From Fimbriimonadia bacterium (lineage in GTDB: Bacteria; Armatimonadota; Fimbriimonadia; Fimbriimonadales; JABRVX01), in assembly GCA_041483895.1 (NCBI GenBank), contig JBGPGO010000012.1, positions 1 through 64,000 on the forward strand: 64,000 nt of DNA. The letters run 5' to 3'. The first letter of the stretch is position 1. Each line of letters starts with the position of its first letter. The notes beneath the pieces are model-generated. The model was given only the letters and a program-made list of their open reading frames with translations. It ran no database searches and had not been told where the DNA came from. The position numbers were made by a program, and so were the translations under genes. Shown here piece by piece: positions 39,015 through 48,502 of the stretch.

Positions 39015-41753
39015 ATGGACTATCGAAGCACCCTCAACCTACCCAACCAGGAATTCACCATCCCCATGCGCGCGGGTCTGCCGACCTTGGAGCCCGAGTT
39101 GCAGGCGCGTTGGGATGAGATGGGCTTGTACGCCCGCATTCAGGAGCACACGAAGGAGCGGCCACCCTATATTTTCCACGACGGCCCCCCATACACGAAC
39201 TACCCGCTCCACATGGGAACGGCTCTCAACCGCATTCTCAAGGATTTTGTGGTCCGGTACCGATCGATGGCGGGATTCCACGTGCCGTATGTGCCGGGAT
39301 TTGATAATCACGGGATGCCGATCGAACTGGCGGTGCTCAAGAAGTTTCGCGAAAAGGGCGAAACCCCCACCAAGCCGGAGCTATGCAAAGCCTGCCGGGA
39401 ACACGCATCGTTTTATATTGACTTGCAAATCAAGCAGTGCAAGCGGCTGGGGCAGATCGCCGACTGGGAACACCGATACGCCAGCATGGATCCGCAGTAC
39501 GAGGGCGACCTACTCCGCCAATTCGGCGTACTGCTGGAAAAAGGATACATTTATCGCGGCCTGCGGCCGGTTGTCTGGTGCACGACCTGCACTACAGCGC
39601 TGGCCGAAGCCGAGATTGAATACGACGAGCACGCGAGCGATTCGATCCTCGTCGCCTTTCCGCTGCGCGAGGATCCGAACGGTGTCTTTGCTGGCCGCCC
39701 CCATGCTCATGCGGTGATCTGGACGACCACACCGTGGACGATACCGGCCAATCTCGCCATCGCCGCGTCGCCCGATTTGGACTATTCGTTCGTCGAAGCC
39801 GGGAGAAGGACCTATCTGATATCGAGCGGGCTGGTCGAATCCGTGATGAATGAGGCGGGCCTGTCGGGCTACTCGGTGGCAGGCACCGTGCATGGTTCGG
39901 AGCTGGACGGTCTGGTTTTCTCGCACCCGATTTTCGACCGTCCGTCGCCTATCTTAATGGTGGACTACGTGCGGGAAGAGGAGGGAACCGGTCTTGTTCA
40001 TACCGCGCCGGGCCATGGTGCAGAGGACTTCCTAACGGGAAAAAAGTACGGGCTGCAAATCCTGTGCCCGGTCGATGCGAACGGCGTGTTCACGAAAGAT
40101 GCCGGGGAGTTCGCAGGCCTTCCCATCGCGCCGGAAGGAAACACGCGAGTGATCGAGCGGCTGAAGGAGGAAGGGCTGCTGCTAGACCACCGGCCGTATC
40201 AGCACCAATACCCGCACTGCTGGCGCTGCCACGGCCCGCTCATCTTCCGCGCCACTAACCAGTGGTTCCTCAGCATCGATCACGACGGATTGCGGGAGAG
40301 GATGCTGCATGAGGTCGGCAAGGTGCGATGGGTCCCCGCCCATGGCGTCAATCGGATCGGCTCGATGGTGGAAAATCGGCCGGACTGGTGTCTCAGCCGC
40401 CAGCGCGCCTGGGGAATCCCGATCCCGGCCTTCTATGCCCCCGGCGATCCGGAACCGCTCATTACTACTGATATCATCGATGCCGCAGCCAAGATTATCG
40501 ATAAAGAAGGCGTCGAGGGCTGGTACACGGCGACATCGGAGCGGGTGCTCGGCGCCGACTTCCGATACAAAGGCGTGCCGGCTGCCAAGTTGGAAAAAGA
40601 GACCGATATTTTGGACGTCTGGTTCGATTCGGGCTGTAGCCACCTGCTGGTACTGGATAAACGGCCGGAACTATCGTGGCCCGCGGACCTCTATCTGGAA
40701 GGGTCGGACCAACATCGGGGATGGTTCAACACCTCCCTGGTCACGGGGTGCGCGATCAAGGGCTCGGCCCCCTATCGCACGGTGGTCACGCACGGATGGG
40801 TATTGGACGCGAACTATAAAAAAATGTCCAAGTCGCTCGGCAACGTGCTGGAGCCGATGGAGATGGCGGACAAACTTGGGGCGGATATGCTGCGTCTTTG
40901 GGCGGCCAACATCACCTATTTCGAAGACGTCGCGGCGTCGGAAGGTCTGATCCAGCAGCACGCGGACGCATTCCGCCGCGTCTGGAACACTCTGCGATTC
41001 CTGCTGGCAAATCTGTCCGATTACTCACCAGACCATGGGGGCAGGATGGGCGAACTGGATCGCTGGACCTGCGATCAATGGCATGGCGTTTTGGAGAACA
41101 GCCGCAAGTACTATGACGCCTTCGAATTCCACAAGGCTTGGGATGAGGTGCAGCTTTTCTGCACGAACCAGATGAGCTCGTTCCATATGGATGTAACGAA
41201 GGACCTGATGTATTGTGACGTGGAGGACCCGGCTGCCCGGCGGGGAGCGCAGGCCGCTTACTTCTATCTGGCCTCCGGCATCTGCCGGTCTGTTGCGCCA
41301 ATCCTGCCGCATGCGATGGAGCGCGTGTGGGACAAGCTGAGAGAGTTGGACCCGTCGCTGCCGGGGAGCGTCCATCTGGCTGACTTTCCGACGGCGGATG
41401 CGGCAGGATTGACGGACGAAGAGCGTGATCGCTGGGTGGCACTGATGAAGTTGCGGGAGGAGATCAACCAGGAATTTGAGAAGCGGAAGGCCGAGGGGGG
41501 CTTCAAGGACAGCTTCGACGCCTGCCTCAGCCTGAAGCCTCCGGCCGAACTCGGCCCGCTGGCGGAGCCGGAGACGCTCGCGATGCTGCTCAAGTTCTCC
41601 GCCGTTCAGTTGGGCGGCGAAGTGGCGTTTTCTGCCGCGCCGGGACAGAAATGCGAGCGTTGCAGATTGTGGCGGCAGGATGTCGGCTCCGACTCGGGGC
41701 ACCCCACTGTTTGCGCCCGATGCGCCACCGTTGTGAGAAGGAAACCGGCTTGA
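39015..41753 (+). CDS. ileS: isoleucine--tRNA ligase
   Basis: HDGPPY..HMG, WTTTPWT, GSDQHRGWF, KMSKS, C-terminal Zn finger. Confidence 0.97.
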   Translation: MDYRSTLNLPNQEFTIPMRAGLPTLEPELQARWDEMGLYARIQEHTKERPPYIFHDGPPYTNYPLHMGTALNRILKDFVVRYRSMAGFHVPYVPGFDNHGMPIELAVLKKFREKGETPTKPELCKACREHASFYIDLQIKQCKRLGQIADWEHRYASMDPQYEGDLLRQFGVLLEKGYIYRGLRPVVWCTTCTTALAEAEIEYDEHASDSILVAFPLREDPNGVFAGRPHAHAVIWTTTPWTIPANLAIAASPDLDYSFVEAGRRTYLISSGLVESVMNEAGLSGYSVAGTVHGSELDGLVFSHPIFDRPSPILMVDYVREEEGTGLVHTAPGHGAEDFLTGKKYGLQILCPVDANGVFTKDAGEFAGLPIAPEGNTRVIERLKEEGLLLDHRPYQHQYPHCWRCHGPLIFRATNQWFLSIDHDGLRERMLHEVGKVRWVPAHGVNRIGSMVENRPDWCLSRQRAWGIPIPAFYAPGDPEPLITTDIIDAAAKIIDKEGVEGWYTATSERVLGADFRYKGVPAAKLEKETDILDVWFDSGCSHLLVLDKRPELSWPADLYLEGSDQHRGWFNTSLVTGCAIKGSAPYRTVVTHGWVLDANYKKMSKSLGNVLEPMEMADKLGADMLRLWAANITYFEDVAASEGLIQQHADAFRRVWNTLRFLLANLSDYSPDHGGRMGELDRWTCDQWHGVLENSRKYYDAFEFHKAWDEVQLFCTNQMSSFHMDVTKDLMYCDVEDPAARRGAQAAYFYLASGICRSVAPILPHAMERVWDKLRELDPSLPGSVHLADFPTADAAGLTDEERDRWVALMKLREEINQEFEKRKAEGGFKDSFDACLSLKPPAELGPLAEPETLAMLLKFSAVQLGGEVAFSAAPGQKCERCRLWRQDVGSDSGHPTVCARCATVVRRKPA

Positions 41754-42229
41754 CCCGGCACCGCCTGTTCCTGCTGTTTTGTTTCGTCGTGCTGGTCTTG
41801 GACCGATTGACAAAACTGTGGGCGGCGGGCTCTTTGGCGGAGCATCAATCCATGGCGGCCATCCCCGGATTCCTGTATTTCACGCTTACGTACAACACGG
41901 GCATCGCGTTCGGGCTGCTACAAAACCTGCAATGGCTCACAATTCCCGTCTCCGTATTGATCATCTTTGGGGCCATGATCTTGCACTTTCGATCGGATCA
42001 CGAGGATCGTTGGACCGGGTCGGCGTTGGGGCTGCTGGTCGGTGGTGCCATCGCGAATCTGTTCGATCGCATTGCCTATGGGCGGGTCACAGACTTTCTC
42101 GATCTGCGCTGGTGGCCGGTGTTCAATCTGGCGGATTCCGCGATCGTCATCGCGGTGTTCATCCTCGCCTTGCACGGCCTTTTCACCCCCGGCCATCGCC
42201 CGACGCCCGCCGAACAGGTGTCCGAATAG
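41750..42229 (+). CDS. lspA: signal peptidase II
   Basis: NTGIAFG, N..DR, V.DF, FNLAD motifs. Confidence 0.95.
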   Translation: MTRHRLFLLFCFVVLVLDRLTKLWAAGSLAEHQSMAAIPGFLYFTLTYNTGIAFGLLQNLQWLTIPVSVLIIFGAMILHFRSDHEDRWTGSALGLLVGGAIANLFDRIAYGRVTDFLDLRWWPVFNLADSAIVIAVFILALHGLFTPGHRPTPAEQVSE

Positions 42230-42234
42230 TTCCC

Positions 42235-43014
42235 ATGACACCCGAGGAGACCATCGGCCTGGGTCTCGTCGCGTTTGGGGCGGGGGCGTTCGGCGGCATG
42301 TTCGGATTGGGAGGCGGGATTATCCTGGTCCCGGCCATGAAAGAGTGGTTTCACCTTCCCACTGAGAAGGTGGTCGCCGCCAGCCTGATCGGCATCGTGG
42401 CCACCTCCATCGCCTCGTCTCTGGTCTATCTTAAACGCGATTTGGTGGATCTTTCGCTCGCGAACCGGCTCTTGTTGATGACCGTGATCGGATCTGTGGC
42501 GGGCGCATGGATCGGGAAGATGCTGTTCAATCAGGCTGCGGGGGAGCGCGTTCTGGCAGGTCTGTTTGCCGTCATCATCATAGCGGCCATGTTCTTTCTG
42601 TTCCGGCGAAAGGAGGCCGACGATGGGAACGCAAGCGATGATCTTCGCGTACAGCCCGCCGCGTACGGCTCGGTCTTTGGTGGCGGCGTGATCTCATCCC
42701 TGCTGGGCGTCGGCGGGGGAATCATCAACGTTCCTACGATCACGATTCTTGTCGGCGCGCCGGTCCGGGTTTCGATGGCCACCAGCGCGTTCATGATCGG
42801 CGTAACGGCGGCTTCGGGCTCGGCAATCTACCTGATGCACGGGAGTGTGGACCCAACGGTTGCCGGTCCAACCCTGCTTGGTCTGTTTTTGGGCGCCCAG
42901 GTCGGGGCGCGCACCTCCCGCTATGTCAGCGGCAAAGGGCTGCGACTTAGTTTCTGCGTTGTCCTGCTCTATATGCTCTTTTTGCAGGGAAGGCGGGCGC
43001 TCGGTGTCGGCTGA
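42235..43014 (+). CDS. TSUP (TauE/SafE) transporter
   Basis: Duplicated GxGGG...VP motif. Confidence 0.88.
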   Translation: MTPEETIGLGLVAFGAGAFGGMFGLGGGIILVPAMKEWFHLPTEKVVAASLIGIVATSIASSLVYLKRDLVDLSLANRLLLMTVIGSVAGAWIGKMLFNQAAGERVLAGLFAVIIIAAMFFLFRRKEADDGNASDDLRVQPAAYGSVFGGGVISSLLGVGGGIINVPTITILVGAPVRVSMATSAFMIGVTAASGSAIYLMHGSVDPTVAGPTLLGLFLGAQVGARTSRYVSGKGLRLSFCVVLLYMLFLQGRRALGVG

Positions 43015-43273
43015 GTCGAAGGCGAGCCGGGTCATCTTGCTCATCGGGTTGGCTGCGGGGTTGTTGGTTTTTCTGATTGGCGGAGGATTGGCTCACACCG
43101 GCCATCTCGGACCGGGAACGGCCGTGGCGTTTGTGGGACTATGGGTCCTCGTATGCACGCCGCTCGCCGCATTGGTCGCCGGCGCATTCAAAACCAATCG
43201 ATTGGAATTTCGGAGGGCGGTATTCACGCTGCTCGTGCTGGCCGCCGGCCTCTTCCTGGGATTGAAGAAGTGA
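43004..43273 (+). CDS. DUF1634-like small membrane protein
   Basis: Three TMs, GL..L..TP; follows TSUP. Confidence 0.6.
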   Translation: MSAESKASRVILLIGLAAGLLVFLIGGGLAHTGHLGPGTAVAFVGLWVLVCTPLAALVAGAFKTNRLEFRRAVFTLLVLAAGLFLGLKK

Positions 43274-44064
43274 TTCTTCGTCCTCCGGCAAAAATCAATT
43301 TTACGCTGGATGTCGGATTGCCGCGTACGGACGGCTACCATGACATCGACTCCATTTTCGTCGCCGTCGACCTGCGGGACGAGCTGGAGATCGAGCTCGG
43401 CGAAGGTCCCGTGCTGCCAGAGGACGACCTCGTGATGGGCGCATTGCGCCTGCTGGATCTTACGCAGGCATGGACGGTGCGGTTGACCAAGAACATTCCT
43501 TCGCAAGCAGGCCTGGGAGGGGGGAGCAGCGACGCGGCCGCCGCGCTGATTGCTGGGTCTCATTTGCTTGGCCGCTCACGTGACATCCTCCCCGACCTGG
43601 CCCTTCAGCTTGGCAGCGACGTGCCGTTTTTTCTGACCGGCGGCGCGGCTCGATGCCAGGGCCGCGGCGAACAGATAACGTCCTTGCCGGACCTGCCAGA
43701 GACCTGGTTCTGTCTCGGAAAGCCGGACGTTGGCGTCGCGACCCCGGAGGCTTTCGAGCTTCTGGACGCCAAGCCAGACAGAATACCGGGTTCAACCACG
43801 CCTCAACTGCTGGACATTTTGCCCGATCTGCAGTTCTCCAACGACTTTCTGCCCTTCATCTTTACGCGCTATCCCGCTGTAGCCAGGACCGCACGTCTGT
43901 TGATGAGCGCCGGCGCCAACGCTATCCTCCTCTGTGGCAGCGGCTCGGCGGTAGCAGGCCTTTGCAATAACCAAGGGCATGCGGAAGGGTTGGCCCAGGC
44001 CGTGGCGAACGCTGGGCTATGGTCGGCGCCCGTGCGTACCCTCAAGAGAAGCGAGTGGCCATAG
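43270..44064 (+). CDS. ispE: 4-diphosphocytidyl-2-C-methyl-D-erythritol kinase
   Basis: PAKIN, DGYH, AGLGGGSSDAA, GSDVPFF motifs. Confidence 0.95.
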   Translation: MILRPPAKINFTLDVGLPRTDGYHDIDSIFVAVDLRDELEIELGEGPVLPEDDLVMGALRLLDLTQAWTVRLTKNIPSQAGLGGGSSDAAAALIAGSHLLGRSRDILPDLALQLGSDVPFFLTGGAARCQGRGEQITSLPDLPETWFCLGKPDVGVATPEAFELLDAKPDRIPGSTTPQLLDILPDLQFSNDFLPFIFTRYPAVARTARLLMSAGANAILLCGSGSAVAGLCNNQGHAEGLAQAVANAGLWSAPVRTLKRSEWP

Positions 44065-44822
44065 CGCCTCGGTCCGTTTCCGCCTTGGTTTTGGCCGGCG
44101 GCCGTTGCCCGCCGGATCTGCAACTGGCGGCGGGGGTGGAAAAACGGGCGCATCTTCCGTTCCGCGGGCGGTTGCTGATTGACTGGGTTCTCGACGCGCT
44201 GACCGGCTCGGCATGCATCGGCGAGATCGTTGTTGTTGGCGATCTTCCGGCGCGCGATTCCTACGTTTTGGCACCGGAAGGCGACACGTTTTTGGAGAGT
44301 ATCCGGAACGGATTGGAGAAAGTGAGCGGCGAGAATGTGCTGCTGGTTTCCGGCGATATTCCGTTCCTGACAGTCCAAGCGGTCGAACAGTTCTGCGAGG
44401 AGGCGGTGGCGAGCGGCGCGGATATGTGCTATGCCATCGTCCCGCGCGAGGTCTGCCAGGCGGAGTTCCCCACCGTCAAGCGGACATACGTGAAACTGCG
44501 AGAGGGCGTTTTCACTGGCGGCAACATCGTCTATGGCCGGGTCGAGTTTTTCCGATCCAATTGGGAGCGATTGCAGGCGGCATACGGAGCGCGTAAGAAG
44601 CCGATCAAATTGGCCTCGATCATGGGGTTTGGCACGCTGTTGCGATTTGGCATCGGCCAGCTTCTTCCCTATGTCTTCCCGCTTCGATCTGCGGAAAAGG
44701 CGGTTAGCCGACTGCTCGGTGGGCGCGTGCAAGCAATAATCTCTCCCCACTCCGGGGTTGGAACGGATATCGATTCGATGGAGCATTGGGCGGCGCTAGG
44801 CGGTAAATCGGCTACGATCTAG
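44055..44822 (+). CDS. MobA-like nucleotidyltransferase-family protein
   Basis: LAGG, GDIP, TGGN, DID motifs. Confidence 0.82.
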   Translation: MAIAPRSVSALVLAGGRCPPDLQLAAGVEKRAHLPFRGRLLIDWVLDALTGSACIGEIVVVGDLPARDSYVLAPEGDTFLESIRNGLEKVSGENVLLVSGDIPFLTVQAVEQFCEEAVASGADMCYAIVPREVCQAEFPTVKRTYVKLREGVFTGGNIVYGRVEFFRSNWERLQAAYGARKKPIKLASIMGFGTLLRFGIGQLLPYVFPLRSAEKAVSRLLGGRVQAIISPHSGVGTDIDSMEHWAALGGKSATI

Positions 44823-44823
44823 C

Positions 44824-45195
44824 ATGGAAGTTGAAAAGAGGACGTCAGTCCGAAGAAGGGTTCTCTTCTGTGGGTTGGTCCTGTTTGCCATGTTTGTCGG
44901 GTACTTGGTGGGGCTCAGTCAAGCGATGCAAGGCATGCCCTGGATCATCTTTGGATTTGAGCGGCAGTATGCAGGGGACAAGATCATTCTTGGGCCAGAG
45001 CCTTTTTTCGCTGTCGATCGGCTGGAGGTAGCCAAATTCACCAGGAAAACCTATCCGTTCGTTCCGAAGGGCGCAGAGGGCAATGTGCTCATCCAAGGCG
45101 GTACGCGCCTGATCTTCTCAGACGGTTCGGTCCGGGTATACCCACGTGTAGTCCTCACTTTCAAGAACGGCACAGTGGTTGTATATCCATATTGA
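44824..45195 (+). CDS. hypothetical membrane-anchored protein
   Basis: N-terminal TM; follows the operon. Confidence 0.55.
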   Translation: MEVEKRTSVRRRVLFCGLVLFAMFVGYLVGLSQAMQGMPWIIFGFERQYAGDKIILGPEPFFAVDRLEVAKFTRKTYPFVPKGAEGNVLIQGGTRLIFSDGSVRVYPRVVLTFKNGTVVVYPY

Positions 45196-45303
45196 CCGAA
45201 GGCAACGACCCTCTTCGAGGCGACAGCTGGCTCGTGAACCAGGCAAGGATATCAGGTTGACGGTGAATATGAATTTTGCCCGCTAACTGAGGGGCTTCTC
45301 AGG

Positions 45304-45332
45304 TTGAAATAATGCCGGAACCGCGTTATACT
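45304..45332 (+). promoter_or_regulatory. sigma70-type promoter
   Basis: TTGAAA-N17-TATACT. Confidence 0.6.
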
Positions 45333-45371
45333 GTATGTTAGCAAGTTGGGAATTGCAAAGGGAGTAGAGTC

Positions 45372-46478
45372 ATGAAATTCCGCTGGATCGCGGCGTTGGT
45401 TGTCTGTGCCGGTAGCTCGTTCGCTACAGAAGTTGGGACGTTCTCGAATTATCGCCTGTATTTTTCCGCTTACAACCTCGTAACAAGCCCAGATATGAGT
45501 ACGTACGGGAACATGTGGTTGGCCGGCGGAACCGTATGGCATCAGACGGATACGCTCACGCCGGAATTCCTATCTACGGTCACCGTATTCGTCACCAGCA
45601 AGATCGGGACGATCAACTACACGCAGGCCGAGGTCGACGCGCTTGCCGACTGGGTCCGCAACGGCGGCACGCTTGTTATGATGGGTGAGTGCGCGTGCTA
45701 CGCCACGCATCCCATGTACAACACATTGCTCGCCCCCTATCAGATTTCGCTCTGGGGCGCCGACGTGATCGGGACGGGCACAGTGATCGCGTCGCACAGG
45801 TTGACCCAGGGGCTCAGCCAGGTCTATATCGCCAAGAACGGCCAGGTGACCGCTCCCGCGGAAGCAACCCGATTGGTCAACGATTCCAGTGGGTATCTCG
45901 CATCGATCGTCATGGAACAGACTCCGATCGTCGGGAAGGGCCGCCTGTTTCTCATCGCCGACTGCGACATGTTCGACAACAACCATCAGGGTTGGGAGCC
46001 GACGGCGAACGCCTACGCGCAGAACATCGTCAACTGGGCTTTGCATCCAGGGGCGAGCCTGTCCGGCACCGTCAGCGCGGAGAACATTTCAGGCAGCTTG
46101 GCCGGCGTGCCGATGACTCTCGATTGCTACCAGAACCAGCAGGTCGTGGACACGAAGACCGTTGCGCTGGACGCGAGTGGTCACTATTCCGTGAGCTTTG
46201 ATCAGCCGAGTACTTGCACGATCGTCGCGAAACTTCCGCAGTGGTTGTCTGTCCGCGCCAGCGATGTGGTCGTGGCAGAGGGAACAAACCTGGATTGGTA
46301 TTTCCCGATCAACGGCGATGCCACGCATGACAATTCTGTGGACCTGTTTGATTTCAACACAATCGTGACGAACTTCGGCAGTACCGGCCCGAACGATGCG
46401 GACCTGGACATGGACGACATCGTCAGCATGTTTGATCTCAATCTGATCTTCCTCAACTTCGGTTCCACCGGCGAGTAA
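45372..46478 (+). CDS. secreted DUF4350/GATase-like protein with C-terminal dockerin-like domain
   Basis: Signal peptide; L..WV..GG.L; two DxxxDxxVxxxD...NFG repeats. Confidence 0.72.
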   Translation: MKFRWIAALVVCAGSSFATEVGTFSNYRLYFSAYNLVTSPDMSTYGNMWLAGGTVWHQTDTLTPEFLSTVTVFVTSKIGTINYTQAEVDALADWVRNGGTLVMMGECACYATHPMYNTLLAPYQISLWGADVIGTGTVIASHRLTQGLSQVYIAKNGQVTAPAEATRLVNDSSGYLASIVMEQTPIVGKGRLFLIADCDMFDNNHQGWEPTANAYAQNIVNWALHPGASLSGTVSAENISGSLAGVPMTLDCYQNQQVVDTKTVALDASGHYSVSFDQPSTCTIVAKLPQWLSVRASDVVVAEGTNLDWYFPINGDATHDNSVDLFDFNTIVTNFGSTGPNDADLDMDDIVSMFDLNLIFLNFGSTGE

Positions 46479-46494
46479 TTCGCCTCGCAGAAGT

Positions 46495-46533
46495 AATTCC
46501 TCCGCACGAACGTGCGGAGGAATTGTCTTTTTT
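46495..46533 (+). terminator. rho-independent terminator
   Basis: AATTCCTCCGCACG/CGTGCGGAGGAATT followed by a T-run. Confidence 0.8.
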
Positions 46534-46560
46534 GCACTCGCCTAGCCCCACCAACCACGC

Positions 46561-46759
46561 TGTCATTCCGAAGGAGCGAAGCGACTGAGGAATCTTTCAG
46601 AACTTCCCGTCATCCGCAAACGATATTGGATGGCAGAGACTCTTGAAAGGGATTCCTCGCTCCGCTTCGGAATGACAACCTTGCCTGCCGAGACCGGGAT
46701 TCCTGGCTTCGCTGCGGAACGACAGCCTTGCTCCTGGCGGAACAAGGACCTGCGGCTAC
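46561..46759. repeat. GTCATTCCG-type REP cluster (family C) plus a family-B REP end
   Basis: TGTCATTCCG...CGGAATGACA at 46561-46677; 46645-46676 identical to 53791-53822; 46741-46759 matches 50065-50083 at 17/19. Confidence 0.82.
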
Positions 46760-48459
46760 GGGTCCGTCGGATTTACGTGCAGCGTCTTTTCATTCGAGTA
46801 GGTAACGGCGCCCGGCGGGGCCGACCGCGGTTTGCGAACGTATTTCTTTAACATGTAGTCCACCGCGACCATCGAAGAGTGTTTCGCCGGACTGTTGCGT
46901 GCCACCAACCGCGCCGCAGCCTGCAACACCGTCGGCGGAACGCGCTCCGGGTGATTGTTCGTCGGTATCACGGCGTGCGCGCTGGTCCCACCCCGTACAT
47001 GCAGCCATAGATCATTGGGCCTCGCCACTTTTTGCGTCAGGTGGTCGTTCGAGGTGGCGTTCTCCCCATATAGGATTAGGAAGCCCTCCGCCGTGCGAAC
47101 CTCCCGGATTCGGAAGCCCTGGTACGGCCGATCCTCTCTGTCGCGCGCGACGGCCTCTTGCCGGTGCAGCCATCCGCGGCGGGTTGCGACGGCTCGCATT
47201 TCAGCCAGGCCGTGCTCATCCATCTGGTCCATTCTTTCGATCATCGATTCCAGGTCGGCAATGTCGCTCAAAAGAATCGCCCGCCGATCGGTCCTCGATT
47301 GCGCCGCGCCCTTTGCTTTCTTCGCCCTTCCAAAATAGGATTCTGCGTTCTCCACAGCGGACAGCTCCGAGTCCAGCGGAATCTCGACGGGCTTCTGTTC
47401 TGGGTCCGAGTAGTCCGGCGCAACGAGGCGCTCCGATTTTGGCGGGAGCGAGTGTCCGTATGCCAGAATCAGATCACCAAATATCTGGTATCGATCCGCA
47501 AGCGCGGACTCCCCCAGCGCCCTGTCCAAATCGTCCACCGCGTGCTGGAACGAGTCCCGTGCCTTGCCGAGAGCGGCCGCCAACTGGGTCCTAATCGCAG
47601 TGGCGCGCGCCCGAGGAATTGCGGCAAGATAGTAGGCATCCAACGCCGCGCTCGTCGAGGCCTGGCGATGGGCAGTGATGGGCTCCGGCGCGGCGACCGG
47701 AAACGGGTAGGCGCCAACTGCCAAACCCTGTTCATCCCGAAACAGCACCGGTTCCCAACGGCCGTTCGCAATCGTGTCCCGCCATTCCATGTATGCGGCG
47801 CGCAGTCCGGGCCGGGACTGACCGGCGCGATCCCAAAGCTGGCCGGCCAAAAACGGGCTCATGCCCACGACATTTTCCACCAACCACTTTGGACCGACCT
47901 CTTCCGCGTCGCGGACCAGCGCCTCGAATTCGTCCACGTCCATCGCCAGCGGATTGAAACCGGAAGGAGCGGGAGGCGGTTGATATTTGAGACCCGGCCT
48001 CACCTGCCTCCGCGACTGCTTGCTGCCAACGATCTTTGCCGCCGCCAGGATCTCCTCGGAAGAATCGAGGAGCATGATGTTCGAATGCTTGCCCATCAGC
48101 TCCACCAAATAAGTAAACACCCGGCCGCCGTCGCCCCGAACGGCAATCTCCAAGACCCGATCGAACCCCAGTTGGATGATGGATTCGATAAAGCCATTCT
48201 CCGTCCAACGGCGGGCGGTCATACAGAAGGTTGGTGGCTCCGGAGGGTTCGCGGGCCGCACAGAAGTCAAATGGGCGCGGGGAAATTCCGGATCGCACGA
48301 GAGAATCAGATGGTGGTTGACCCCGCGGCCATGCACCTGCAAGATCAGCGTGCGCTCCTCCGGCTGGGTGATCTTCTGCAGCCTTCCACCAATGAGCGCC
48401 TGGCAATCGGAGGTGACGGCTGCCAACGTTGTGCTGTCAAATGGGACCTTGTAGGCCAT
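46756..48459 (-). CDS. rqcH: Rqc2/RqcH (NFACT/FbpA) ribosome quality-control factor
   Basis: FD, DR, ELMGKHSN, G.N...ND and WLH motifs. Confidence 0.9.
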   Translation of the reverse strand: MAYKVPFDSTTLAAVTSDCQALIGGRLQKITQPEERTLILQVHGRGVNHHLILSCDPEFPRAHLTSVRPANPPEPPTFCMTARRWTENGFIESIIQLGFDRVLEIAVRGDGGRVFTYLVELMGKHSNIMLLDSSEEILAAAKIVGSKQSRRQVRPGLKYQPPPAPSGFNPLAMDVDEFEALVRDAEEVGPKWLVENVVGMSPFLAGQLWDRAGQSRPGLRAAYMEWRDTIANGRWEPVLFRDEQGLAVGAYPFPVAAPEPITAHRQASTSAALDAYYLAAIPRARATAIRTQLAAALGKARDSFQHAVDDLDRALGESALADRYQIFGDLILAYGHSLPPKSERLVAPDYSDPEQKPVEIPLDSELSAVENAESYFGRAKKAKGAAQSRTDRRAILLSDIADLESMIERMDQMDEHGLAEMRAVATRRGWLHRQEAVARDREDRPYQGFRIREVRTAEGFLILYGENATSNDHLTQKVARPNDLWLHVRGGTSAHAVIPTNNHPERVPPTVLQAAARLVARNSPAKHSSMVAVDYMLKKYVRKPRSAPPGAVTYSNEKTLHVNPTDP

Positions 48460-48502
48460 ACGGCTGCGATTATACGATCCCATGGTACTATTAGGAACGT
48501 CA

